A DNA stretch of 64,000 nucleotides, from the sequence record PZ386951.1; one strand, given 5' to 3'. The stretch comes from a phage. Below, piece after piece: positions 1 through 11,727 of the stretch. The position numbers and the translations under genes are program-made. Below the pieces are notes generated by a model that saw nothing but the letters and a program-made list of their open reading frames with translations, was not told where the DNA came from and ran no database searches. The first letter of the stretch is position 1, and every line of letters begins with the position of its first letter.

Positions 1-32
1 AATATATTAAAGCATATTAAAGAGGATTAAAA

Positions 33-2012
33 ATGACTTTATTATCTCCGGGCATTGAGCTCAAAGAAACTACGGTTCAAAGCACCGTGGTTAATAACTC
101 TACTGGTACAGCAGCTTTGGCCGGTAAATTCCAGTGGGGTCCTGCTTTTCAGATTAAACAGGTTACAAATGAAGTAGATTTAGTTAATACTTTTGGTCAA
201 CCAACCGCTGAAACTGCTGACTATTTTATGTCTGCGATGAATTTCTTGCAGTACGGAAATGACTTACGAGTAGTTCGTGCTGTTGATAGAGATACCGCTA
301 AAAACTCATCTCCGATTGCTGGTAATATTGAATACACGATTTCTACCCCAGGTAGTAACTATGCAGTTGGAGATAAAATCACGGTCAAATATGTTTCAGA
401 TGATATTGAAACTGAAGGTAAAATTACTGAAGTAGACGCAGATGGAAAAATTAAGAAAATTAATATTCCTACTGCAAAAATTATCGCTAAAGCTAAAGAA
501 GTCGGTGAATATCCGGAATTAGGTTCTAACTGGACTGCGGAAATTTCTTCGTCTTCCTCTGGTTTAGCTGCAGTAATAACTCTTGGAAAAATTATTACTG
601 ATTCTGGTATTTTATTAGCTGAAATTGAAAATGCTGAAGCTGCTATGACAGCGGTTGACTTTCAAGCAAATCTCGAAAAATACGGAATTCCAGGAGTAGT
701 AGCTCTTTATCCAGGCGAATTAGGCGATAAAATTGAAATTGAAATCGTATCTAAAGCTGACTACGCAAAAGGAGCTTCTGCATTACTGCCAATTTATCCA
801 GGTGGTGGTACTCGTGCATCTACTGCCAAAGCGGTGTTTGGATATGGACCACAAACTGATTCGCAATACGCTATTATAGTTCGTCGTAATGATGCTATTG
901 TTCAAAGCGTTGTTCTTTCAACTAAGCGCGGTGAAAAAGATATTTACGATAGTAACATCTATATCGATGACTTTTTCGCAAAAGGTGGTTCAGAATATAT
1001 TTTTGCAACTGCACAAAACTGGCCAGAAGGCTTCTCTGGAATTTTAACTCTGTCTGGTGGATTATCATCAAATGCTGAAGTAACAGCAGGAGATTTGATG
1101 GAAGCTTGGGACTTCTTTGCTGACCGTGAATCTGTTGACGTTCAACTGTTTATTGCGGGTTCTTGTGCCGGTGAATCTTTAGAAACAGCATCTACTGTCC
1201 AAAAACACGTCGTTTCAATTGGGGATGCTCGCCAAGATTGCTTAGTATTATGCTCTCCTCCGCGTGAAACTGTAGTTGGAATTCCTGTAACTCGTGCAGT
1301 AGATAACTTAGTCAATTGGAGAACTGCGACAGGTTCATACACTGATAATAACTTTAATATCAGTTCAACCTATGCAGCAATTGATGGTAACTATAAGTAT
1401 CAGTATGACAAATATAATGATGTGAATCGTTGGGTTCCATTAGCAGCTGATATTGCTGGTTTATGCGCAAGAACTGATAACGTATCTCAGACTTGGATGT
1501 CTCCAGCTGGTTATAATCGTGGCCAGATTCTTAACGTTATTAAACTTGCTATTGAAACTCGCCAGGCTCAGCGTGACCGTTTATACCAAGAAGCTATCAA
1601 CCCAGTAACTGGTACAGGTGGTGATGGTTACGTATTGTATGGTGATAAAACAGCTACTTCTGTTCCTTCTCCATTTGATCGTATTAACGTTCGTCGTCTG
1701 TTTAATATGTTGAAAACGAATATCGGACGTAGTTCAAAATATCGTTTGTTCGAATTAAACAACGCGTTTACTCGTTCATCATTCCGCACAGAAACTGCCC
1801 AGTACTTACAGGGAATTAAAGCTCTCGGTGGAATTTATGAATATCGTGTAGTTTGCGATACAACAAATAACACTCCGTCAGTAATTGATAGAAATGAGTT
1901 TGTTGCAACATTCTACATCCAACCGGCTAGAAGCATTAACTACATTACCTTAAACTTCGTAGCAACTGCTACTGGTGCAGACTTCGATGAGTTAACTGGT
2001 CTTGCAGGTTAA
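33..2012 (+). CDS. 18: tail sheath protein gp18
   Basis: 659 aa; N-terminus MTLLSPGIELKETTVQS matches T4 gp18 as recalled; ATG at 33 preceded by AGAGGA. Confidence 0.95.
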   Translation: MTLLSPGIELKETTVQSTVVNNSTGTAALAGKFQWGPAFQIKQVTNEVDLVNTFGQPTAETADYFMSAMNFLQYGNDLRVVRAVDRDTAKNSSPIAGNIEYTISTPGSNYAVGDKITVKYVSDDIETEGKITEVDADGKIKKINIPTAKIIAKAKEVGEYPELGSNWTAEISSSSSGLAAVITLGKIITDSGILLAEIENAEAAMTAVDFQANLEKYGIPGVVALYPGELGDKIEIEIVSKADYAKGASALLPIYPGGGTRASTAKAVFGYGPQTDSQYAIIVRRNDAIVQSVVLSTKRGEKDIYDSNIYIDDFFAKGGSEYIFATAQNWPEGFSGILTLSGGLSSNAEVTAGDLMEAWDFFADRESVDVQLFIAGSCAGESLETASTVQKHVVSIGDARQDCLVLCSPPRETVVGIPVTRAVDNLVNWRTATGSYTDNNFNISSTYAAIDGNYKYQYDKYNDVNRWVPLAADIAGLCARTDNVSQTWMSPAGYNRGQILNVIKLAIETRQAQRDRLYQEAINPVTGTGGDGYVLYGDKTATSVPSPFDRINVRRLFNMLKTNIGRSSKYRLFELNNAFTRSSFRTETAQYLQGIKALGGIYEYRVVCDTTNNTPSVIDRNEFVATFYIQPARSINYITLNFVATATGADFDELTGLAG

Positions 2013-2047
2013 TACGGTGCATTCTAAAGGCCTGTTTCGGCAGGCCA

Positions 2048-2055
2048 TATAAATA
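2048..2055 (+). promoter_or_regulatory. T4-type late promoter TATAAATA
   Basis: exact TATAAATA octamer in the 18-19 intergenic region. Confidence 0.5.
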
Positions 2056-2106
2056 CACTATATCCTTAATTCTTTAATTCTATATGCCCTAGGTTAAACA
2101 TAGGGA

Positions 2107-2114
2107 TATAAATA
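2107..2114 (+). promoter_or_regulatory. T4-type late promoter TATAAATA upstream of gene 19
   Basis: exact TATAAATA 15 nt upstream of the gene 19 ATG. Confidence 0.6.
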
Positions 2115-2128
2115 CTACAGAGGCTAAT

Positions 2129-2620
2129 ATGTTTGTAGATGATGTAACACGAGCGTTTGAATCTGGTGATTTTGCTCGACCTAACTTATTCCAAGTAGAA
2201 ATTTCTTATCTTGGACAAAATTTTACGTTCCAATGTAAAGCTACTGCTCTACCAGCTGGTATTGTAGAAAAAATTCCAGTCGGATTTATGAACCGTAAAA
2301 TTAACGTAGCAGGCGATCGTACATTCGATGACTGGACTGTTACAGTAATGAACGATGAAGCTCATGATGCTCGCCAGAAGTTCGTTGATTGGCAAAGCAT
2401 TGCTGCGGGGCAAGGAAACGAAATTACTGGTGGAAAACCTGCAGAGTATAAAAAGAGCGCTATTGTTCGTCAATATGCTCGTGACGCTAAAACAGTAACA
2501 AAAGAAATTGAAATTAAAGGCTTGTGGCCTACTAACGTGGGTGAACTTCAATTAGATTGGGATTCAAACAATGAAATCCAAACCTTTGAAGTAACTCTTG
2601 CTCTCGATTATTGGGAATAA
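2129..2620 (+). CDS. 19: tail tube protein gp19
   Basis: 163 aa, same length as T4 gp19; follows sheath gene; late promoter upstream. Confidence 0.93.
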   Translation: MFVDDVTRAFESGDFARPNLFQVEISYLGQNFTFQCKATALPAGIVEKIPVGFMNRKINVAGDRTFDDWTVTVMNDEAHDARQKFVDWQSIAAGQGNEITGGKPAEYKKSAIVRQYARDAKTVTKEIEIKGLWPTNVGELQLDWDSNNEIQTFEVTLALDYWE

Positions 2621-2625
2621 AATGA

Positions 2626-4277
<1,652 letters not shown>

Positions 4278-4278
<1 letters not shown>

Positions 4279-4526
4279 TGGAAGGTTTAATTGAAGCTAT
4301 TAAATCAAACGACCTCGTAGCCGCTCGTAAATTATTTGCTGAAGCCATGGCTGCAAGAACGATTGATTTAATTAAAGAAGAAAAAATCGCTATCGCTCGT
4401 AATTTCTTAATCGAAGGTGAAGAACCTGAAGACGAGGATGATGACGAAGACGAAGATGGTGATGATAAAGACGATAAAAAAGACAAAGACTCTGACGAAG
4501 ATGACGAAGACGAGGATGATGAATAA
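4278..4526 (+). CDS. 67: prohead core protein gp67, with poly-Asp/Glu C-terminus
   Basis: 82 aa; position between 20 and 68; acidic tail [16 protein letters not shown]; start overlaps gene 20 stop. Confidence 0.85.
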
Positions 4527-4951
4527 TGCTTCTGATCCCTGAAACTCATGAATTAGTTCTCGAGAATGTCGAAGCACTTATTCCTGAAGCACAGGGTCGC
4601 TTTGACGAATTGTCTTCTGCTTTAAATAAAGACGATATAAATACAATTGTCGAGAATATGCTTGATGATGAAACTGATTTAGCGGTTGCATTAGCTTCTA
4701 TTAATGAAAATATGCCGTTAAATGAATTCATCGTTAAACATGTTTCCGCCCGTGGTGAAATTACTCGCACTAAAGATCGCAAAACCCGCGAACGAAATGC
4801 ATTTCAAACCACTGGGTTGTCTAAAGCAAAACGTAGACAAATTGCTCGTAAAGCTACCAAAACGAAGATTGCCAATCCAGCAGGTCAATCTCGTGCTCAG
4901 CGTAAGCGTAAAAAAGCTCTTAAACGCCGTAAAGCATTAGGATTAAGCTAA
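4526..4951 (+). CDS. 68: prohead core protein gp68
   Basis: 141 aa, same length and position as T4 gp68; basic C-terminus. Confidence 0.85.
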
Positions 4952-5589
4952 TGAATGAACCCCAATTACTAATTGAAACTTGGGGTCAACCTGGCGAAAT
5001 TATTGATGGCGTGCCAATGCTTGAATCTCATGATGGAAAAGACTTAGGTTTAAAACCGGGTTTATACATCGAAGGAATATTCATGCAAGCGGAAGTCGTC
5101 AATAGAAATAAACGTCTTTATCCAAAACGTATATTAGAAAAAGCGGTAAAAGACTATATTAATGAGCAAGTTTTAACTAAACAAGCTCTCGGAGAATTAA
5201 ATCATCCTCCACGCGCTAATGTTGACCCGATGCAAGCCGCTATCATTATAGAAGATATGTGGTGGAAAGGAAATGACGTATACGGACGAGCTCGTGTTAT
5301 TGAAGGTGACCATGGTCCTGGAGATAAATTAGCAGCTAATATTCGTGCCGGATGGATTCCAGGAGTTTCTTCTCGTGGATTAGGTTCATTGACTGACACA
5401 AATAAAGGTTATCGTATCGTAAACGAAGGATTCAAATTAACTGTAGGTGTTGATGCAGTATGGGGTCCAAGTGCTCCAGATGCATGGGTAACTCCTAAGG
5501 AAATTACCGAATCACAGACGGCGGAAGCCGATACAAGTGCCGATGACGCCTATATGGCTCTCGCAGAGGCCATGAAAAAAGCGTTATAA
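4951..5589 (+). CDS. 21: prohead core scaffold and protease gp21
   Basis: 212 aa, same length and position as T4 gp21. Confidence 0.93.
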   Translation: MNEPQLLIETWGQPGEIIDGVPMLESHDGKDLGLKPGLYIEGIFMQAEVVNRNKRLYPKRILEKAVKDYINEQVLTKQALGELNHPPRANVDPMQAAIIIEDMWWKGNDVYGRARVIEGDHGPGDKLAANIRAGWIPGVSSRGLGSLTDTNKGYRIVNEGFKLTVGVDAVWGPSAPDAWVTPKEITESQTAEADTSADDAYMALAEAMKKAL

Positions 5590-5592
5590 ATA
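5585..5592 (+). promoter_or_regulatory. T4-type late promoter TATAAATA upstream of gene 22
   Basis: exact TATAAATA overlapping the gene 21 stop. Confidence 0.55.
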
Positions 5593-5619
5593 TTATTATC
5601 TAAACAACAGGACTACAAA

Positions 5620-6429
5620 ATGCTTAAAGAACAACTGATTGCCGAAGCGCAGAAAATTGATGCTTCCGTTGCTCTTGATAGTATTTTCGAATCAGTTAAT
5701 ATTTCTCCGGAAGCAAAAGAAACTTTCGGCACTGTATTCGAAGCTACCGTCAAGCAGCACGCCGTTAAATTAGCTGAATCTCATATCGCTAAAATTGCTG
5801 AAAAAGCAGAAGAAGAAGTAGAAAAAAATAAAGAAGAAGCCGAAGAAAAAGCTGAGAAGAAAATCGCTGAGCAAGCTTCTAAATTCATCGACCATCTTGC
5901 GAAAGAATGGCTCGCTGAAAATAAATTAGCAGTTGATAAAGGCATCAAAGCCGAACTGTTTGAATCCATGCTTGGTGGATTAAAAGAGCTCTTTGTTGAA
6001 CACAACGTTGTTGTTCCAGAAGAATCAGTTGATGTTGTAGCTGAAATGGAAGAAGAGCTGCAAGAACATAAAGAAGAATCAGCTCGTCTGTTCGAAGAAC
6101 TCAATATGCGCGACGCATATATCAATTATGTGCAGCGTGAAGTGGCATTGAGCGAAAGTACTAAAGATCTGACTGAGTCTCAAAAAGAAAAAGTCTCTGC
6201 TCTGGTCGAAGGTATGGATTATTCAGATGCATTCTCAAGTAAATTGAGTGCAATCGTAGAAATGGTGAAGAAATCTAATAAAGATGAAAGCACTATTACT
6301 GAGAGTATAAATACTCCTGATACTGAAGCAGCCGGACTGAATTTCGTCGCTGAAGCTGTAGAAGATAAAGCTGCACAGGGTGCAGAAGATATTGTAAGTG
6401 TATATGCGAAAGTCGCATCTCGTTTCTAA
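5620..6429 (+). CDS. 22: prohead core scaffold protein gp22
   Basis: 269 aa, coiled-coil and acidic composition; T4 gp22 position. Confidence 0.9.
   Translation: MLKEQLIAEAQKIDASVALDSIFESVNISPEAKETFGTVFEATVKQHAVKLAESHIAKIAEKAEEEVEKNKEEAEEKAEKKIAEQASKFIDHLAKEWLAENKLAVDKGIKAELFESMLGGLKELFVEHNVVVPEESVDVVAEMEEELQEHKEESARLFEELNMRDAYINYVQREVALSESTKDLTESQKEKVSALVEGMDYSDAFSSKLSAIVEMVKKSNKDESTITESINTPDTEAAGLNFVAEAVEDKAAQGAEDIVSVYAKVASRF
6306..6313 (+). promoter_or_regulatory. T4-type late promoter TATAAATA inside gene 22, upstream of gene 23
   Basis: exact TATAAATA about 135 nt upstream of the gene 23 ATG. Confidence 0.45.
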
Positions 6430-6447
6430 TTTTAAAGGTTAACACAA

Positions 6448-8013
6448 ATGACTATCAAAACTAAAGCTGAACTTTTGAACAAATGGAAGCCATTACTGGA
6501 AGGTGAAGGTTTACCGGAAATTGCTAATAGCAAACAAGCGATTATCGCTAAAATCTTTGAAAACCAGGAAAAAGATTTCCAGACAGCTCCGGAATATAAA
6601 GACGAAAAAATTGCTCAGGCATTCGGTTCTTTCTTAACAGAAGCTGAAATCGGTGGTGACCACGGTTACAACGCTACTAACATCGCTGCAGGTCAGACTT
6701 CTGGCGCAGTAACTCAGATTGGCCCAGCTGTTATGGGTATGGTACGTCGTGCTATTCCTAACCTGATTGCTTTCGATATTTGCGGTGTTCAGCCGATGAA
6801 CAGCCCAACCGGTCAGGTATTCGCACTCCGCGCAGTATATGGTAAAGACCCAATCGCTGCCGATGCTAAAGAAGCATTCCACCCAATGTATGGTCCAGAT
6901 GCAATGTTCTCTGGTCAGGGTGCTGCTAAGAAATTCACTGCTTTAACCGCTGGCACCACTACTGTCAAAGGTGATATCTATACTTACTTCTTCCAGGAAA
7001 CCGGTACTGTATATCTGCAAGCTTCCGCTGTAGTAACAATTAGTTCAAGCGCCGATGACGCAGCTAAATTAGACGCCGAAGTTAAAAAACAAATGGAAGC
7101 TGGTGCACTGGTAGAAATCGCTGAAGGTATGGCTACTTCTATCGCTGAACTTCAGGAAGGTTTTAACGGTTCTACTGATAACCCATGGAATGAAATGGGC
7201 TTCCGTATCGATAAACAAGTTATCGAAGCTAAATCTCGCCAGCTGAAAGCTGCTTACTCTATCGAATTAGCACAAGACCTCCGCGCTGTTCATGGTATGG
7301 ATGCTGACGCTGAACTGTCCGGTATTCTGGCTACCGAAATCATGCTGGAAATCAACCGCGAAGTTGTTGATTGGATTAACTACTCAGCGCAGGTTGGTAA
7401 ATCTGGTATGACCCTGACTCCGGGTTCTAAAGCTGGTGTATTTGACTTCCAGGATCCGATTGATATTCGTGGTGCTCGCTGGGCAGGTGAATCCTTTAAA
7501 GCTCTGTTGTTCCAGATTGACAAAGAAGCAGTTGAAATTGCTCGTCAGACTGGTCGCGGTGAAGGTAACTTCATTATCGCTTCCCGTAACGTAGTTAACG
7601 TTCTGGCTTCAGTTGATACCGGCATTTCTTATGCTGCACAGGGTCTGGCTACCGGCTTTAACACTGATACTACCAAGTCAGTATTTGCTGGTGTTCTGGG
7701 TGGTAAATACCGTGTATATATTGACCAGTATGCTAAACAGGATTATTTCACTGTAGGTTATAAAGGTCCGAACGAAATGGATGCTGGTATTTACTATGCT
7801 CCATATGTAGCTCTGACTCCGCTGCGTGGTTCCGATCCGAAGAACTTCCAACCAGTAATGGGATTCAAAACTCGTTACGGTATCGGTATTAACCCATTTG
7901 CAGAATCCGCTGCTCAGGCTCCGGCTTCTCGCATTCAGAGCGGTATGCCTTCTATCCTGAACAGCCTTGGTAAAAACGCTTACTTTAGACGTGTATATGT
8001 TAAAGGTATCTAA
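6448..8013 (+). CDS. 23: major capsid protein gp23
   Basis: 521 aa; MTIKTKAELLNKWKPLLEGEGLPEIANSKQAIIAKIFENQ matches T4 gp23 as recalled; elevated GC from codon bias. Confidence 0.97.
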   Translation: MTIKTKAELLNKWKPLLEGEGLPEIANSKQAIIAKIFENQEKDFQTAPEYKDEKIAQAFGSFLTEAEIGGDHGYNATNIAAGQTSGAVTQIGPAVMGMVRRAIPNLIAFDICGVQPMNSPTGQVFALRAVYGKDPIAADAKEAFHPMYGPDAMFSGQGAAKKFTALTAGTTTVKGDIYTYFFQETGTVYLQASAVVTISSSADDAAKLDAEVKKQMEAGALVEIAEGMATSIAELQEGFNGSTDNPWNEMGFRIDKQVIEAKSRQLKAAYSIELAQDLRAVHGMDADAELSGILATEIMLEINREVVDWINYSAQVGKSGMTLTPGSKAGVFDFQDPIDIRGARWAGESFKALLFQIDKEAVEIARQTGRGEGNFIIASRNVVNVLASVDTGISYAAQGLATGFNTDTTKSVFAGVLGGKYRVYIDQYAKQDYFTVGYKGPNEMDAGIYYAPYVALTPLRGSDPKNFQPVMGFKTRYGIGINPFAESAAQAPASRIQSGMPSILNSLGKNAYFRRVYVKGI

Positions 8014-8039
8014 TCTCTAACGATAGAAACACAATTTTA

Positions 8040-8057
8040 GGGAACCTTCGGGTTCCC
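8040..8057. terminator. GC-rich hairpin with TTCG loop, followed by a T tract
   Basis: GGGAACC-TTCG-GGTTCCC then TTTTTC; lies between convergent genes 23 and the seg-like gene. Confidence 0.6.
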
Positions 8058-8062
8058 TTTTT

Positions 8063-8725
8063 CTATTTTATACGATAGCAATCAGGCATATCATCCGCAT
8101 TTATCCAATTGCGAATAGTTTTAGGACTAACTTTAAAATGCTCCGCTGCGTAATCAGGATTATCAAATTTAACGCCCTTTATACATATTGGAATAAATTT
8201 TTTAATACCACCAAGTTTTTCAGAAATAGCTTTACGATGTGAAATCGATATAGGTTTATTTTTTCGTGGATGAACATGTGTTTTATAATATTCATTGCGC
8301 CCTTTAACTCGCTTCGCAATAGTTTCATCAGATTGCTTAACGCCTGTTTTTGCCTTTGATATTTTTCGTTTAGCTTCCACAGTCATTCCTTCTTTTGTTC
8401 GTATTGATAACATATTACGATATGAAGGATCTTGCAAATGAACTATAACTGGATTTCCTCTGCCACCAATAGCAGCATTATAGGTATCAGTTCTCATAAC
8501 GAATTCCTCATTGACTAGTAAAGCTTCCATTTTATACATCTCCTCAGATGAGGAGAAAGAATAAAGAATTTCTTTTTTAAAGTTATGAATACCATATTTT
8601 TTGATGGATTTTTTGATGTTTACGCCAGAACCCATATAACCATCGTTTTCGTCAAGAGTAGCATGAGCTCCGATGTAAATTTTTCCATTGATGATATTAG
8701 TAATTTGATATATTAAATATTTCAT
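8063..8725 (-). CDS. segD: GIY-YIG homing endonuclease, Seg family (segD-like)
   Basis: N-terminal YLIYQITNIINGKIYIGA GIY-YIG motif; free-standing between genes 23 and 24; start taken at the ATG with GGAG 11 nt upstream (track starts at 8764). Confidence 0.7.
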   Translation of the reverse strand: MKYLIYQITNIINGKIYIGAHATLDENDGYMGSGVNIKKSIKKYGIHNFKKEILYSFSSSEEMYKMEALLVNEEFVMRTDTYNAAIGGRGNPVIVHLQDPSYRNMLSIRTKEGMTVEAKRKISKAKTGVKQSDETIAKRVKGRNEYYKTHVHPRKNKPISISHRKAISEKLGGIKKFIPICIKGVKFDNPDYAAEHFKVSPKTIRNWINADDMPDCYRIK

Positions 8726-8789
8726 TTTAAACATCGCTCCGTTTGTATATGAATATAATATCATATTACTTTGGTCTTGTAAATAACTT

Positions 8790-8797
8790 TATAAATA
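8790..8797 (+). promoter_or_regulatory. T4-type late promoter TATAAATA upstream of gene 24
   Basis: exact TATAAATA 28 nt upstream of ATG 8825. Confidence 0.6.
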
Positions 8798-8824
8798 GTA
8801 TTATATTTCAACAAGGAAAATACA

Positions 8825-10108
8825 ATGGCTAAAATCAACGAACTTCTGCGCGAATCAACCACAACGAATAGCAACTCAATCGGTCGCCCAAATCTCGTTG
8901 CTTTGACTCGCGCTACCACTAAATTAATATATTCTGACATTGTAGCAACGCAAAGAACTAATCAACCTGTTGCTGCTTTTTATGGTATCAAATACCTTAA
9001 CCCAGACAATGAATTTACATTTAAAACTGGTGCTACTTACGCTGGCGAAGCTGGATATGTAGACCGAGAACAAATCACAGAATTAACAGAAGAGTCTAAA
9101 TTAACTCTCAATAAAGGCGATTTATTCAAATATAATAACATCGTTTATAAAGTATTAGAAGATACACCATTTGCTGATATTGAAGAAAGCGATTTAGAAT
9201 TAGCTCTTCAGATTGCAATTGTTCTTTTAAAGGTTCGTCTATTTTCTGACGCAGCGTCAACGAGCAAATTTGAAAGCTCTGATAGCGAAATTGCTGATGC
9301 TAGATTCCAGATTAATAAATGGCAAACCGCCGTTAAATCTCGTAAACTTAAAACTGGCATTACAGTTGAATTAGCACAAGATTTAGAAGCAAACGGATTC
9401 GACGCTCCTAATTTCCTGGAAGATTTGCTTGCAACCGAAATGGCGGATGAAATCAACAAAGATATTTTACAATCTTTGATTACCGTATCAAAACGCTATA
9501 AAGTTACAGGAATTACTGATACTGGATTCATCGATTTGAGTTATGCATCTGCTCCTGAAGCAGGTCGTTCATTATACCGAATGGTATGTGAAATGGTTTC
9601 GCATATCCAAAAAGAATCAACTTATACAGCAACGTTCTGTGTTGCTTCTGCTCGTGCCGCTGCGATTCTTGCTGCATCAGGTTGGTTAAAACATAAACCA
9701 GAAGATGACAAATATCTTTCACAAAATGCCTACGGGTTCTTAGCTAATGGTTTACCGCTTTATTGCGATACTAACAGCCCATTAGATTATGTAATCGTTG
9801 GTGTAGTAGAAAATATCGGTGAAAAAGAAATTGTTGGATCAATTTTCTATGCTCCGTATACAGAAGGTCTCGACTTAGATGACCCTGAACATGTAGGTGC
9901 ATTTAAAGTTGTTGTTGATCCAGAAAGCTTACAACCATCTATCGGTTTATTAGTTAGATATGCTTTATCAGCAAATCCTTATACCGTAGCAAAAGATGAA
10001 AAAGAAGCAAGAATAATCGACGGTGGAGACATGGATAAAATGGCGGGTCGTTCAGATTTGTCTGTTTTATTAGGTGTTAAATTACCCAAAATTATTATCG
10101 ATGAATAA
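8825..10108 (+). CDS. 24: head vertex protein gp24
   Basis: 427 aa, gp23-like fold; same length and position as T4 gp24. Confidence 0.93.
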   Translation: MAKINELLRESTTTNSNSIGRPNLVALTRATTKLIYSDIVATQRTNQPVAAFYGIKYLNPDNEFTFKTGATYAGEAGYVDREQITELTEESKLTLNKGDLFKYNNIVYKVLEDTPFADIEESDLELALQIAIVLLKVRLFSDAASTSKFESSDSEIADARFQINKWQTAVKSRKLKTGITVELAQDLEANGFDAPNFLEDLLATEMADEINKDILQSLITVSKRYKVTGITDTGFIDLSYASAPEAGRSLYRMVCEMVSHIQKESTYTATFCVASARAAAILAASGWLKHKPEDDKYLSQNAYGFLANGLPLYCDTNSPLDYVIVGVVENIGEKEIVGSIFYAPYTEGLDLDDPEHVGAFKVVVDPESLQPSIGLLVRYALSANPYTVAKDEKEARIIDGGDMDKMAGRSDLSVLLGVKLPKIIIDE

Positions 10109-10114
10109 AACAAA

Positions 10115-10130
10115 GGGACCTTTCGGTCCC
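10115..10130. terminator. GC-rich hairpin GGGACC-TTTCG-GTCCC with T tract
   Basis: inverted repeat followed by TTTTTATTT between convergent 24 and rnlB. Confidence 0.6.
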
Positions 10131-10137
10131 TTTTTAT

Positions 10138-11142
10138 TTAGCTCACCAACTCAATCCAAGCTGGACGAAGTACATCTTGCACCATTTTAACTAATTCCTT
10201 TTTAATCAAAGAAGGATTATCCGCTTGAGTTAGAGTAATACCTTCACGAGAAGTTTCTTCCAAAATATCTTGGACAGTTAGCCCCATCACCTTTCCAAAA
10301 TCCTTTGGACCAATTTCACCAATTTTAGAAATAACGTTATTTACTCGGTTCAGTGTAACGTAACAAGCTAAAATCCCCACCAATTTGTTATCAGCTTCTG
10401 ACAGTTCAACTTTAGCTTTAATAGGCTTATCAGACTTTTTCTTTTCACTAAATTTAGAGTTCTTGCATTTAATTGCTACACGATTGCCATTAGGCATCCA
10501 AGAAGGATAACAAGGTTTCAATACATATCCTTCAGCGGTAAATACTTCGCCTTTGGCTTCGGCATTCCAAACGCATTTATTTGCATCAACTAATCCAGCA
10601 TGGTCTACTGTAAAATTATAATCTTGGACGACAGAATCTAAATCATTTGGCAATTTAATAAGCTCTTCAAATTTACCGCGACCTAAAAGTGGAGCCATTT
10701 TAAATTTAAATGTATTACAGAATGATTCCATCATATAATCATCGACATAAGTCACATCACCACTTTCTGTAGTGACAATAATGTCAAATACATAAAAATC
10801 TTTATCGCCATAATCGACATTCTTCTGAATGCCAGGTCCAGCGAATTCGCCAAAAACTTGATAAGATACAACTGCTGAAGTTTCCATAATATCTTGTACT
10901 GCTTTAATGGAATCAGCGTAATTCTTTAGAATAATTTCATACCCAAAGAAATCTTCAGCAGGAAGAATAGGACCAGTACGTTTAGCACAAGTTACTTTAT
11001 CACGCTCAATAATCAATGAAAAGTTTGTACCATGAATCTTTTCACGAGCTACCCATTCGCCGCCAGTCAATCCCAAGCTATAAAGTTTTTCAATAAATTT
11101 AGAGTTGTAATGATTTTCAAGACTGCTATACTTTTTAAACAT
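10138..11142 (-). CDS. rnlB: RNA ligase 2
   Basis: 334 aa; [42 protein letters not shown] with lysine nucleotidyltransferase KxHGxN motif; matches T4 Rnl2. Confidence 0.95.
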   Translation of the reverse strand: MFKKYSSLENHYNSKFIEKLYSLGLTGGEWVAREKIHGTNFSLIIERDKVTCAKRTGPILPAEDFFGYEIILKNYADSIKAVQDIMETSAVVSYQVFGEFAGPGIQKNVDYGDKDFYVFDIIVTTESGDVTYVDDYMMESFCNTFKFKMAPLLGRGKFEELIKLPNDLDSVVQDYNFTVDHAGLVDANKCVWNAEAKGEVFTAEGYVLKPCYPSWMPNGNRVAIKCKNSKFSEKKKSDKPIKAKVELSEADNKLVGILACYVTLNRVNNVISKIGEIGPKDFGKVMGLTVQDILEETSREGITLTQADNPSLIKKELVKMVQDVLRPAWIELVS

Positions 11143-11151
11143 AATTAATCC

Positions 11152-11430
11152 TCAAAATGTAATTTCTAACCAATCACCATCACGCTGATCACTATTGACT
11201 TTAAAATTAAATCCTTCTTTTCTCAGCCAATCACCAATTTCTTCAGTAATCAATTTATCGCGAGCAGTACAATAATAACTAAAATATGTTTTACCTTGTT
11301 CAGCTGCTTTATTAGCAAGTTCCGAAAAATCTTTAATAAAACACTCTAGTTTAAACTGTTTACTTTTAAGTGCTTTTTCGCGCAATTGATTAGCAAAAGA
11401 TTCATTTTCATAAAGATCATACTGTTCCAT
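11152..11430 (-). CDS. hypothetical protein (T4 24.2 position)
   Basis: 92 aa ORF with ATG start, tightly packed after rnlB. Confidence 0.55.
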   Translation of the reverse strand: MEQYDLYENESFANQLREKALKSKQFKLECFIKDFSELANKAAEQGKTYFSYYCTARDKLITEEIGDWLRKEGFNFKVNSDQRDGDWLEITF

Positions 11431-11632
11431 TTTTCACCTTTTTATTGATATGTCTTTTTCTATAGACAACTTTTTCTCGAGTTTCAAATTTATTCTTAGC
11501 AGTCATAGCTCGAGCCCATAATACAGCCAATTCTTTTGCCTGTAAGTTTAATTCACGAGCAATTTCAATGAATGACTTTCCAGACTCATGAAGAGTAAAC
11601 ACCACAACCTCAGTTCTCATAATCAATCTCAT
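11417..11632 (-). CDS. hypothetical small protein, possible helix-turn-helix (T4 24.3 position)
   Basis: 71 aa; segment GKSFIEIARELNLQAKELAVLWARA resembles an HTH. Confidence 0.5.
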   Translation of the reverse strand: MRLIMRTEVVVFTLHESGKSFIEIARELNLQAKELAVLWARAMTAKNKFETREKVVYRKRHINKKVKNGTV

Positions 11633-11700
11633 GTTATCGAGTTGGTGCCATTATATACATCATTTTCTGAGCGTGTTTTGAGTGCTTTCAAAATGAAGAA

Positions 11701-11716
11701 AGGGGCCGAAGCCCCT
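11701..11716. terminator. GC-rich hairpin AGGGGCC-GAAG-CCCCT
   Basis: inverted repeat immediately downstream of the hoc stop. Confidence 0.5.
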
Positions 11717-11727
11717 TATGATTATGA

